A DNA stretch of 64,000 bases from Octopus sinensis (lineage: Eukaryota), in contig NC_043020.1 of NCBI RefSeq assembly GCF_006345805.1, forward strand, positions 31,000,001 through 31,064,000, written 5' to 3'. This document shows positions 24,848 to 37,516 of this stretch, piece after piece. The notes beneath the pieces were generated by a model. It was not told where the DNA came from. It did no database searches and saw only the letters and a program-made list of their open reading frames with translations. Each line of letters begins with the position of its first letter. Position 1 is the stretch's first letter. A program made the position numbers and the translations under genes.

Positions 24848-25010
24848 ATTTGTGTGGTAAGTTGCTTGCTTACCAGCCACATGGTTCCAGGTTCAGTCCC
24901 ACTGCATGGCATTTGGGCAAGTGTCTTCTACTATAGCCTCGGGTCAACCAAAGCCTTCTTAGTGGATTTGGTAGACAGAAACTGAAAGAAGCCCGTCATA
25001 TATATGTTTA
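24848..25010 (+). mobile_element. SINE head (5' clipped)
   Basis: Matches the 11547 family (GGTTCAGTCCCACTGC..GAAAGAAGCCCGTC). Confidence 0.8.
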
Positions 25011-25149
25011 TGTGTATATATATATATGTTTGAAAACTAATTTCTGTGTGTCAATGTGTCACATTTAGACCCCCTCTCTCACTATTCAATGACATTCCTA
25101 CTATTCCTCATGATAGCGTGAGAGTAATAGAAGGCATAGAAACAGTGAG

Positions 25150-25465
25150 GGTGGTGGAAATTGTAGTTGTGATACCCATGCCAGTGGCATGTAAAATGCA
25201 CCATCCGAACATGGTTGATGCCTTCGCCGCCTTGACTGGCTTCCGTGCTGGTGGCATGTCAAAAGCACCAACCAATTGTGGCCGTTGCTAGACTCCTCTG
25301 GCATGTAAAAATCACCCACTACACTCACGGAGTGGTTGGCATTAGGAAGGGCATTCAGTCAGATTGGAGCCTGGTGCAGCCTCCAGGATTCCCAGACCCC
25401 AGTCGAACCGTCCAACCCATGCTAGCATGGCAAACGGACGTTAAACGATGATGAGGATGATGATG
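25150..25465 (+). mobile_element. RTE 3' UTR fragment
   Basis: Shared 3' UTR ending GGACGTTAAAC(GAT)n. Confidence 0.8.
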
Positions 25466-25497
25466 ATATAATATATATATAATATATATATATATAA

Positions 25498-25536
<39 letters not shown>

Positions 25537-25548
25537 TATGTGTATATA

Positions 25549-25675
<127 letters not shown>

Positions 25676-25690
25676 TATAATATATATATA

Positions 25691-25905
25691 GGCGCAGGAG
25701 TGGCTGTGTGGTAAGTAGCTTGCTAACCAACCACATGGTTCAGGGTTCAGTCCCACTGCGGGGCACCTTGGGCAAGTGTCTTCTACTATAGCCCCGGGCC
25801 GACCAATGCCTTGTGAGTGGATTTGGTTAGACGGTAACTGAAAGAAGCCCGTCGTATATATGTATATATATATATGTGTGTGTTTGTGTGTCTGTGTTTG
25901 TCCCC
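25691..25905 (+). mobile_element. SINE tRNA-like head, young copy
   Basis: GGCGCAGGAGTGGCTGTGTGG (A box) and GGTTCAGTCC (B box); CpG-rich. Confidence 0.85.
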
Positions 25906-25929
25906 CTGTCGTATATATGTATACCGCAT

Positions 25930-26400
25930 AGACTGGCCTCCGTGCTTTGGGGACGTAACAAACACCATCCGATCGTGGCCGTCCGCCAGCCTCATCTGGC
26001 ACCTGTGTCGGTGGCACATAAAAACACCATCCGAGCGTGGCCGTCTGCCAGCCTCGTCTGGCACCTGCCAGCCTCATCTGGCACCTGTGTCGGTGGCACA
26101 TAAAAACACCATCCGAGCGTGGCCGTCTGCCAGCCTCGTCTGGCACCTGTGTCGGTGGCACATAAAACACCATCCGAGCGTGGCCGTTCGCCAGCCTCGT
26201 CTGGCACTGTGTCGGTGGCACATAAAATCACCCACTACACTCTCGGAGTGGTTGGCGTTAGGAAGGGCATCCAGCTGTAGAAACACTGCCAGATCTGACT
26301 GGCCTGGTGCAGCCTTCGGGCTCCCCAGACCCCAGTTGACCGTCCAACCCATGCTAGCATGGAAAACGGACGCTAAATGATGATGATGATGATGATGATG
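25930..26400 (+). mobile_element. RTE 3' UTR with homogeneous ~62-bp internal tandem repeat (x4)
   Basis: Unit GGCACATAAAAACACCATCCGAGCGTGGCCGTCTGCCAGCCTCGTCTGGCACCTGTGTCGGT, then the standard tail and (GAT)n. Confidence 0.85.
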
Positions 26401-26405
26401 ATATA

Positions 26406-26480
26406 TATAATTAATTAATAAGGGTGAGAGAATTAGATACTAATTTAATAGTATTCTCTCACCCTTATTAATTAATTATA
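26406..26480. repeat. Inverted repeat (28-bp perfect arms) heading a PLE-like relic
   Basis: TATAATTAATTAATAAGGGTGAGAGAAT / ATTCTCTCACCCTTATTAATTAATTATA, with inner ATACTA/TAGTAT. Confidence 0.9.
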
Positions 26481-26647
26481 ATTATGCTACATTTATTTCT
26501 AAATGTAGTATTTGTTTCCGTAAAAGTTTGGCGCGCTGTTAGTAGGGGCATTTGAATTATAACGTCGGATGTAATCAATTGAACCACACGTGTATTTATC
26601 GTTATGGTAAAATCTGGCGTGTGATTGAGTGGATTTCATCCAGATAG

Positions 26648-26729
26648 TTTTGGCTGAGGAGCTACAAGTGGATTTTTTTGTAAGTAAAATTACATTTAAT
26701 TCATTAATAGCGAAACAATTGTCCCAAAA
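26648..26729 (+). ncRNA. Type I hammerhead ribozyme, canonical core, family 3
   Basis: TTTTGG-CTGAGGA-GCTA..TAGC-GAAA-CAATT-GTC|CCAAAA. All core nucleotides are present; stem III palindrome ACAATTGT; stem I extends to CAGAT/ATCTG; predicted cut after 26723. Confidence 0.82.
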
Positions 26730-26885
26730 TAATCTGTATTTTTGTTATTTTTTATTTGCCCTGTTCGTGTGAGCTAACAATCGTACTGACTTTCATGGGA
26801 AACATGTATTTTTGTGGTTGAAACCTTTTGGATTAACTAGTGCTAGAGTGAGCCATATAGTGACCACTCTCTTATATTTATTATT

Positions 26886-26922
<37 letters not shown>

Positions 26923-26959
26923 GTGTGTATGTGTGTGTGTGTTTGTGTGTGTGTGTGTT

Positions 26960-27150
26960 TGTGTGTCCCTAGCATTGCTTGACAACCGATGCTGGTGTGT
27001 TTACATCCCAGTCACTTAGCAGTTCGGCAAAAGAGACCGGTAGAATAAGTACTGGGCTTACAAAGAATAAGTCCCGGGGTCGACTTGCTCGACTAAAGGT
27101 GGTGCTCCAGCATGGCCACAGTCAAATGACTGAAACAAGTAAAAGAATAA
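26960..27150 (+). mobile_element. SINE body/tail
   Basis: Matches 11750-11923. Confidence 0.82.
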
Positions 27151-27224
27151 AAGAAAAAAGAAAGAATATTATATATATATTATATCATCATCATCATCAT
27201 ATATATATATATATATATATAATG

Positions 27225-27255
<31 letters not shown>

Positions 27256-27297
27256 ATGTATATATATATATATATAATTCTTTTTCTTTTTTTTTTT

Positions 27298-28135
27298 GAA
27301 AGTTTCAGCTCAGAGCTGCGGCCATGCTGATGCTCCGCCATTTTTCGCTACATTGTTATTACTAGGAGCCTCCTCTAATATGTGGTACTTGATGAAGAAT
27401 GGAGTTTGATATAGCTACCCTCATTTGCACCTCTTGCCGTGAGGTAGGCTCATCTGGGACTCTCGACAGGAAGAGGTCTAGCTTTGATTTAAAAGCCTCT
27501 ACATCTACTTTGTGCAAGTTCCTCAGACTCTTTGGGAGAATATTAAAAAGCTGTGGGCCCTTGAAACCCAGGCTGTTGCAGAAGCTGGTCCTGAAGCGTG
27601 ATGGCATTGCTGGGATTTTGGCACCATGTAGTGTCGTCCCGTTCTGGCATTGGTGTAGCTTCCAATGCCAAAATTTGGCTCAATTCCTTCCAGGATCTTC
27701 CAGACATATATTACTGCATACCTCTTCCGTCTTCTCTCCAGGGAGTAGAGTCTTAGCTGTTTCAACCTTTCCCAGTAGCTGAGCTGTTGCAAAGAGACGA
27801 TCTTCTTTGTGAATCTTCTCTGGGTTGCTTCAAGGTCCGCTGTTAATCTTACACTAGTGGGTGACTATAGCTGTGAGCAGTAATCCAGGCGGCTGAGGAC
27901 GAATGTCCGCCAGAGGACCATCATGGTTTCCTTATCTCTGGTTCTGAATGTTCTTAGGATTCATCAAGGCAGTTGTCTGCACTTTGTCGCCATCCAGGTA
28001 ATGTGCACTTGCAATACCCAGGTCCCTCACAGACTTAGGCTCTGGGATTGAAATTCCCTGTGTACCTGTGTACTCTGTAGGTTTAATATTCAGTTTTGGA
28101 TGCTGGTAGCACAGGGCCTGGAATTTTTCAGCATT
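27298..28135 (-). mobile_element. CR1/L2-group LINE 3' end (second copy of the 22865 family)
   Basis: Collinear with 22865-23710; ORFs 27362-27607 and 27523-27792; small internal deletion near 28010. Confidence 0.9.
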
Positions 28136-28151
28136 ATATATACATAATATG

Positions 28152-28216
<65 letters not shown>

Positions 28217-28298
28217 GTATATATATATAATGTATATATATAATATATATATACATATATAATGTATATATATATAATGTATATATATATAATGTATA

Positions 28299-28340
<42 letters not shown>

Positions 28341-28367
28341 ATGTATATATATATATGTATATATATA

Positions 28368-28420
<53 letters not shown>

Positions 28421-28849
28421 ATGTATATATATATATATAATGTATGGTTTAAACACGCAATTAAATTGACATTAAAATTGGCTGCATGATTTTAGTCATG
28501 TCGTTTTGTGTTTTGAATTCAAATCCTGTAAAACTAGGCTCTGTCTTGACAACAACAACCCAAATTATACATCTCTGTGAATTTAATCAGAAAAACTACT
28601 CTGTTCTGGAATATTTTTCCAACACAATCTAACACTCTACACAGTAATAAGTTTTTGAATCTGACAATATTCTTGCATTGCCAAGAAACGTAACAGAACT
28701 TGTAGAATGTTACTGAATAAGCTTAATTACTCTGTAAAATGAAAAAAAATTAGACAGCTTTTGCCAATGTGGAAACTTTAATAATGCCTTTGTATTTTGG
28801 ACTCAAAATCCCATTTACAGAAGACAAGAAAAAATTGAAATCGATTAAC

Positions 28850-29186
28850 ATCAATGGAAATTGCAGCTGTGATACCAGTGCCGGTGGTACGTAAGAGAAC
28901 CATCCGAATGTGGCTGTTGCCAGCACTGCCCTTACTGGCCTCGTGCCGGTGGCACATAAAAAGCTCCATCCGATCGTGGCCGTTGCCAGCCTCACCTGGC
29001 ACCTGTGCTGGTGGCATGTAAAAAGCACCCACTACACTCACGGAGTGTTTGGCGTTAGGAAGGGCATCCAGCCATAGAAACATTGCCAGATCACTGGGCC
29101 TGGTGCAGCCTTCTGGCTTCCCAGACCCCAGTTGAACCATCCAACCCATGCTAGCATGGAAAGCGGACGCTAAACGATGATGAAGA

Positions 29187-29190
<4 letters not shown>
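28850..29190 (+). mobile_element. RTE 3' UTR fragment
   Basis: Two internal repeat units plus tail and (GAT)n. Confidence 0.8.
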
Positions 29191-29245
<55 letters not shown>

Positions 29246-29246
29246 A

Positions 29247-29319
<73 letters not shown>

Positions 29320-29322
<3 letters not shown>

Positions 29323-29975
29323 CATACGAAGCATCAAATGTGGTGTGCAAGAGAGGCAAATGCGCTGGTATGACCATGTGTTATGTATAAATGAAGACTG
29401 CTGAGTGAGGAAGTGCCACTCCCTAACTGTAAAAGGAACTTGTGAAAGAGGTAGACCCAGGAAGACATGAGATGAGGTGGTGAAGCATGAACTTTGAACA
29501 TTGGGCCTCACAAGGGCTTTGACAAGAGACTGAGACCTTTGGAGATATGCTGTTATTGAGAAGACCCGGCAACTAAAGTGAGATGGCAGCCATGCACATC
29601 CAGCCCTGTTAAGAATACCCCTGATGCACTGAAAGTCACTTTCCTTTTCTCTGTTTTCCTAAACCACGTGCTTGTCACACACAACTCCTTCTAATCACAA
29701 AACACGATATGATATGCTTGAGAAGACCTATTGAGTCAAGTAAAACCAATGTCGTAACTGGGGCTGCTGCCCCTTGACTGGCTCCAGTGCCGGTGGCATG
29801 TAAAAGAGCACCCACTACACTCTTGGAGTGGTTGGCATTAGGAAGGGTATCCAGCTGTAGAAACTCTGCCAGACCAGATTGGAGCCTGGTGCAGCTGCTG
29901 GCTCTCCAGACCTCAGTCAAACTGTCCAACCCATGCCAGCATGCAAAACGGACATTAATCTATGATGATGATGAG
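29320..29975 (+). mobile_element. RTE 3' end (last codons + UTR)
   Basis: LRWYDHVL..RGRPRKT*DEVV.. followed by the shared UTR. Confidence 0.8.
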
Positions 29976-29977
29976 AT

Positions 29978-30114
<137 letters not shown>

Positions 30115-30459
30115 TGTATGTATGTATGTATGTATACAAACAAGATAAAGAATAAGAGAAGCAATATATTTCATTTACAATGTTTTGTTTCCATCTAATG
30201 ACAAGCAATTCTTAATCCTTATCCTAGCTGGAAGGGCATTATTAGGTCTTAAGAAGAAATATTATGAAGTAAACAGACTTAAGAAAATAAAGGTGTAAAA
30301 CAACAATAAAACAAAAATAAAACAACTATATCATTGTATAGAAAGAGGAGCATTATATAATAGTGAAATACACTTGCCTCACACACACACCTATACTTAC
30401 ATATACACACAGGCACAGACATATGCATATATATATTCATATATTTAAACACCTGTCAG

Positions 30460-30490
<31 letters not shown>

Positions 30491-30497
30491 GTGTGTA

Positions 30498-30569
<72 letters not shown>

Positions 30570-30684
30570 TGTGTGTGTGTGTGTTTGTGTGTGTATATAC
30601 ATACATATATATATATATGTATATATATACATATATATATATGTATATATATATACATATATAAATATATATATACATATATAA

Positions 30685-30727
<43 letters not shown>

Positions 30728-31379
30728 CATGCACATACACATGGAACATGCATACATACATGCACACAGACATACACACATACATACACACACACACTCG
30801 CACATACACTCGTGCACATGCACACACACATGCACATACGTACAACATTTTAGTTACAACAGATGAACAATTACATTATATCTGACATCTTATGTTCAGG
30901 TGTTACTTCCTCAAAATTATCATTCTCCCCTTCTGGGCTCAGCTTAACCTCAAATATTAAATAATCTGCTTGCTATAGTTGTTGTTTAGCTCTAGGTCAA
31001 CCTCAGCTTAGCAAACCTATAATAAAGATTGTTCTGTTCATCCACATCCTGCCTTTTTCCACTAGATATCTAGGGCTACATTATCGAATGTATCTTTTAA
31101 GATGTTTAGTTTTAGATTTCAGGCAGATTTGGCTGTTATTTCTAATAGGTCAAATGACTGCACAAAGGATCCTTGATTGGCTCTTGAAAAGTAAAAAAAG
31201 TGTTTTTTTTTAATTTTTCACTTATTGAGTCGGATGGAAGAGGTATTGCTTATGATCTTTGTAGGTTCTCTGAACCCATTGTGACTAATGCCATTAATGT
31301 TTTGTTTAAACTGTTGTGGATTAACAATCCCACCACAAGGTCCTGTCCTTGTTGCAGTGTGGTAGCTTATATGCTTCAA

Positions 31380-31740
31380 TGACCCTGAGAGTTGTGCTCA
31401 ATGGGTCAAAGGGTAGAGGTCAGACTAATGTGGACCACATCTTTCCAGAATTAAAAAGGTGTCAAGAACATCCCTACTAGAAAAATAGCAAAGCTATAAA
31501 AGCATTGATGACAATTCAAAGCCAACAAGATTCAAGAGAGGAAGGGCTTCCTTGAGGGAAATATAGGATATAGTGCAGCGAAAGCTGAAAGCATGTCATA
31601 AAAACAGCTTAATATGAGACACTGGAAAAGAACTGGAGAGAAGCAGGAATTTAACTGGAGAGAAGCAGGAAAGACAACCTAGGGTCAAGAATAGTGGAGA
31701 AAGATCATTGGTAGCCCATAAGGAGTGAAGGGCTTAAGGA
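31380..31740 (+). mobile_element. Highly degraded RTE-like 3' fragment
   Basis: Weak resemblance to RTE C-terminal text (W.GH..R, RGR, DR..W). Confidence 0.35.
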
Positions 31741-31922
31741 AATAAAATAAGATTAATAGAAAAACATAAGGTGGGAAATGACTCCAGAGGACCAATCTTT
31801 TGTAAAAAGGGGGACCAGGCTTAAAGGGTAGTGCAGAATGGAGGGGCTTGGATATACCATGAGTCAGGATGTTTATCTTCCATAAAGTGTGGTGGTGGTG
31901 GAAAGAGGAAGAAAAACAATGA

Positions 31923-31973
<51 letters not shown>

Positions 31974-32408
31974 GAGATCTGAAGAGCATAAAATGTAAAT
32001 AACAAAAATTCATATTATATATATTTAATATACATATTGTATACATTTATACATTTATACATGTTACATACTTGTATACATGTTTCAGACATGTACATGT
32101 ATTGTATACATGTTATATTTTGTGTATATGTTGTTCATATGTTAATATATCATGTTTGTTGCTCAACAGCTTGTCTTTTCAATTTGCCTTCTATTCTGAA
32201 ATTTCTCCACTGTTCTAGAATTCTGTTATTCACTGTAATTTAACAAAGATATCTAACATCATCTCATAGGCACAAACTTCTGTGGTGGTGGGGAGGAGTA
32301 GTTGATTATATTACCCACCCCACAGAAGACTAAGTGGTAAGTCAGCCATAGCATAATTTAAACTAAGAATGTAAGCATACTAATAAGTATCAAAATATAT
32401 ACTCATCT

Positions 32409-32820
32409 GGGCACAAGTGTGGCTGAGTGGCAAGAAGTTTGCTTCCCAGCCACATGGTTCTGGGTTCAGTCCCCTGGTGTGGCAACTTACGTAGGTGTCT
32501 TCTATTATAGCTCCAGACCAACCAAAGCCTTGTGAATGAATTTGGTTGATGAAAACTGAAAGAAGCCCCTTGTATATGAATATATTTATGTGCGTGTGTG
32601 TGCTTTTGTATTTATATTTGTCTGCCACCACCAAACCACCACTTGACAATCAGTGTTGCTTCGTTTACATCCCTGTAACTTGGTGGTTTAACAAAAACTG
32701 ACTGATAGAATAAGTACCAGGATCCAAAGAATAAGTGCTACGGTTGATTTGTTCAACTATACCCTCCAAAATGATGCCCCAACAAGGCTACAGTCTAATG
32801 ACTGAAACAAGTAAAAGATA
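32409..32820 (+). mobile_element. Full-length SINE, older copy
   Basis: Head and tail match the 11547 family; ends ~90 bp before the giant exon acceptor. Confidence 0.8.
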
Positions 32821-32929
32821 GAATATAAAAGATTAGAGATAATAATTCAATTGAAGTTTAGGAAAATAAGGAAAAAAACCAGTTATTTTTCTTTTTGCTG
32901 TTTCTTTCAGAAAATCTTTTATTGTGAAA

Positions 32930-35900
32930 ATGGGGCAGAATTTATCAACACTTCAGATAGTCCCTGTTCAGCCTGCTGGAAGAAGAAGGCATCCCATTTC
33001 AAGACAATATCATATTCCACATCAAATCCACAGCTTTCTGGTACCAGAAAACAAAGTTTTGCCTAAAGAAATTACTCACCGCAAACTTCGTCCAGTTTCT
33101 GTGCAGCTTGCAGCAAAAAATTCTGATTTTGCATCAATCTGGGGAAATCCGGTCACGGTACTTGATGAACAAATTCGTTCAAGAATCGAAGGTTTGCAAA
33201 AAAGCTCTCCTGAAAATCACACTAAAAGTTTGGCAAACAAAACAAGGAATGAAATAATTAACCATTCTCACTTAGGCGAGCAGGATTGCAGTGGAGAGTC
33301 TTTATTAAATGCAAATGAAACAAATGATAATCAAAATATTAGTAAAAAAGAAATATTACCAGAAAATAAGAAGAAAAGAGAGACAGAAATTGATAATTTC
33401 AAAGAAGGGAATAACTTTCAATTACTTCAACCAATGAATCCATTTGAAAAATCCAGAACACAAACAAAGAGCTCAGAAATCATGCCATCAGAGCAACAAA
33501 CGAAATATTTACCTTCAAATGAAATTCCAAATCCTTTGCTACATTCAGATTATCAGACCAAGATATCAGTCTTTTATTCTACAGCTAACAATGTGAATAA
33601 CCTGAAAAACAAGGCACCGATTGCTTCTTTGCCACAAAAGTGCAGTTTCCCAGTAGACCAATGTTATTCTCTTACATATGCACAGATGGCTGAAATTCGC
33701 CGACAGAAATATTCCAACATGCCTACACATGAGAATAATTCTATTTCTTCAAATCTTCAGCCTCAAACAAAACCATTGAGTGTATTAGGTTCTGAAAGTA
33801 ATAATTGCAACAGGAATCGTCGAAAGAAACGTCAGGCTCCTCTCCCACCTCCACATGCAAATAAGTTTATTGTTCAACCAGAGAACTCACTGTTTACATC
33901 TGACACAGGAACCTGTGACAATAGTCAAAATGTCTCTTCAAAGTCTTCATGCCAGGTTATCCCCTTTACAGCTAAAACTAATCATGAAAAGTATACTTTT
34001 CAAACACAAAATCTTGGAATATCAAATCCATCAATGATATCTCAATTTAGCTGTAAACCCAGTGTAGAAGTTAGATCTGAAACTAACAATTTCCAGTCAA
34101 CAGAAAAAAAATTAGATCAAAGCTTTTCTGAGACCAGAATTATTTCTGATAATGTTATTTTAATGAAACAAACACAAAGTAACTTTCATGAAAACTTGAC
34201 TGACATGGACTCATCTGCTGATTGCTGTTTAAGTAAAACAAATCAACACACTAACCAACAGAATTGGCAGAAAGAACTTAACTGTAAGGTTTCTAATGAG
34301 TTTAAATCCTCACCAGGTTTGACCAGGAGTGATTCCCACACTAGGTACATCAATTTCAGTTTCTCAAACCAAGAAAATCAACATGAGAATCACAGAAAGT
34401 CCCTACAGTCAGATAATGTTTACAATGTTCAACCATACTCAAGGCCCTATGTTCTGACCCCATCAGGTACCATGCTGACCTCTTGTCCAGTGGTCATAAA
34501 TGATTCTTCCCAAACCAATCATGTTAGTAGAACAAATGCACAGAGTAAGGCTGAACTTCAGTTTTCTGAAAAAAATAAAAAAAAACAATATTTTTCTCCG
34601 TGGAACAATAATTGCAATCTTCCTTCAACCAATCAGAGTTACTCTTCAAATAATCTACAGGGGAATGGTGATTCTTCGACAGTAAGTGAGACTTCAGATA
34701 AAACAGACCCTTCAAATTTAAAACTTTCTACATCAACATGCCATACAACTCCAAAATATTTTTCATCCAAAAGTGACCTGACTAATACAACAAATTCTAT
34801 GGTGTCTTCTGAACTTGATAGTGATACCTATCAAAGATATGGATCATTGGTGTCTTCAGCTTCTTTGGATTGGTCAAAAGGCTTTAGTCCAGCCACTGCA
34901 GAAGAAATGAAAATGTCACGGACTTCGGAATATACACAAAATGTTTGTTCCGCTATACCTTGCAATCAACAAACAAGTGAGACAAAGACAAACAGGGAGG
35001 TAGGTCCAGATCACCACAATGTTCTTTCCTTTCCAAAGGTAGATGTTGGTAATAGTGCTCAGAGATATCAAGAAACTAGACAAATGGAATTTCCATTTGC
35101 CCCTGAACTGAACCAAACGTTCACAGAAAGAGATAGTTACATGAGAGAGAATTGGCAGTTGAGAGAACCATTACAAACAGTCAATTCTCTTGTTGAAACT
35201 AATGCTATAGAATTCTCAAAGCCTAAATCAGCAGCTCCACCACCACCTCCTCCTCCTCCCCCTCCACCACCACCACCACCACCACCACCACCACCGCCAC
35301 CATCATTAGGCAGAACATTAAATTACTGTCCCCCTCTTCAAAGAGAATTCATAGACCAAAGTGGGCAAAATTCCCTCCCTAGCAGCATTTCTAAGACAAC
35401 CATTTCATCCAACATTATGAAAGGACTGGAAACAATCTTCAAAGAAGACATCATAGAAGCTCGGAATAGCTTAAGATCAATGAAAAAGCAAGAGAACTCT
35501 GATTCTGTAAAACCTATGAAAAAAGATCTTCATGATGCCTTCTATTATGAACTAACACAGACATGTTTGACCAGGCAAAAAAGATGGCAGGAGGAAAACT
35601 TTAGCAAATTACCAAATGGCAAAAACCAAATTTTGGGTAATGTTGTGGATAGAACCAAAAAACATTCGGAAGATTTACTGAATAAAAATGCAGTAGAAAA
35701 ATTTAATAAATTATCTCCAAACAATTCCTTCAACTCAAATTCTTCAGAAAATCTTAAAATCAATGGAGACTTTAAAAATCACATATCTTTAAACCAACCC
35801 AAGCAGCCTAATTTGAAAAGTGAAAATCAGAAAGGAACTGACTCTACAAGATCAACAAATGACTGGACTCCAATGCAAGATCTTGAAGATTCAGAAAATT

Positions 35901-37362
35901 CTGATACAGAGAGTTCTGTGAAAAATTCTCAAAGAAAAAACACAACTGGTTTTAAATATAGTCTTATTCCTGAAAATATAAAATATCTAAATAACACAAA
36001 GGAATTTTATAGCAAAAACTGTCCCAAACCAGAATACGATGTCACAAAGAATTCTTTCACTTGGAAGAATGAACAAAGCTTCATTAAGTCAAATTCAAAT
36101 AAATCCAAAAATGGTAAAGAAACCAACCCTAAAACATGTGAAGTATCTGAAAATATTGGTTGGGATAAATCTAGTGGAATCAAAAGTAATTCAAAATATA
36201 AAAATGGAAGAGACTTTGATTATTTGGAAAAGAAAACTGGTAAAATGTCAGAGCAACATCATTTAGGCAGAGTTAAGCATGAGGGAGAGAAAGGAAAAGA
36301 AAATGAAAATGGATGTCAAAGAGGATGGAATGTTTGGAAAAAGCAGAAGAAATTTCCCAAAGAATCTTCTGTAAATACGAATGAAAAACAGCAACTTAAG
36401 GTGACAGAATCACAAATTAACCAAAAGGAAGAAGAAATGGAAAGAGAAAGACTCAATCAAATGGAAATAGAATCTGAATTTCTGAAGAAACGGTCAAATC
36501 AGAGATTGGTAGTGGGTAGAGATTGGAGGAATAGATTAACAAAAATTACTAAACAGTCATTAGAAGGAATGTATGATTTGGAAGAGAAAAGAAAGAACTA
36601 CACTAATAATGATCAAAAAGAAGCTGAGTTCAATGAAGACATTACAAAATGCAATCAGAACACATGGAAAGAGAACGAGAAAGTAAATTGTAAGAATGAA
36701 GTGAACTTTAATAAAACAAGAGCTCAGCTTCAGGAGAACTCAACTTCATCGAATGGGATGGCACAGAATCACACTCAATACAGCGAATCTGTAGTTTCTA
36801 ACAATGAGGGGCTAACAAATGATATTCTTTTGAAACCCAAAATTGAAAAACAGAATGCAAGCATTTATTTCCCAAATTCTTTAGCACCAAATTATATCCC
36901 AAATCCATTTTTGGGTATATCATCCAACTATTTTGGTACCTCCTATCTCAATGAATATCTGAAGTTAGTTGGTATTGGGCAACCATTTCTACCAATGAAC
37001 CTTACATACCATAGTATTCCTGGATATTTAGGAACTAGTTACAACATGATGCCACAGACAACTGATATATATGCAGGAACAAATTTCACAAATCCTTTGC
37101 CATTTTTACCTTCAGTCTTCAATAATTTCTCAGCTATGAGTGAGTCAAAATCAAAAGATGTACAGAACCCAGTCTACACAAGTGATAGTGATGATGCTGA
37201 TTCATTGTACCAATCTCCAGGAACCTACACAGACCAAATGAGTAACTGGAGTTCAGACAATAGCAAGAGTATCCAAACAGAAGATCTAAACAATTCTGAC
37301 AGTACGCAGTCTTCTGATGTTTACATGTTTCAAGCAAATAAAGAACAAGACGAGGATTTTGA
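32930..37362 (+). CDS. Giant coding exon of an uncharacterised, largely disordered proline-rich protein (>=1478 aa; actin-regulator-like motifs)
   Basis: 4.4-kb stop-free frame in AT-rich, TE-free DNA. Polypyrimidine tract + AG at 32909-32910; ATG in strong context (GAAAATGG) at 32930, whereas the track start 32924 is a GTG. Donor GA|GTAAGT at 37362/37363, or in-frame TAA at 37364-37366 if unspliced. No confident orthologue recognised. Confidence 0.88.
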
Positions 37363-37484
37363 GTAAGTAGATTTAAATTGTTTTAGGAGCGTTGGGTCAA
37401 GTGAGGTGGAAAGTATAGGCGAAAGTAAAAACACTAGACAAAATTTCAGTAGGAGTCAGTCCAAATTAATTTCTTTAGTTATTG

Positions 37485-37516
<32 letters not shown>

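Noticed and set aside
25960-26230. Regular ~62-bp repeats resembling a CRISPR array
   Set aside because: Whole units repeat with no variable spacers; they are part of the RTE 3' UTR; no cas genes.
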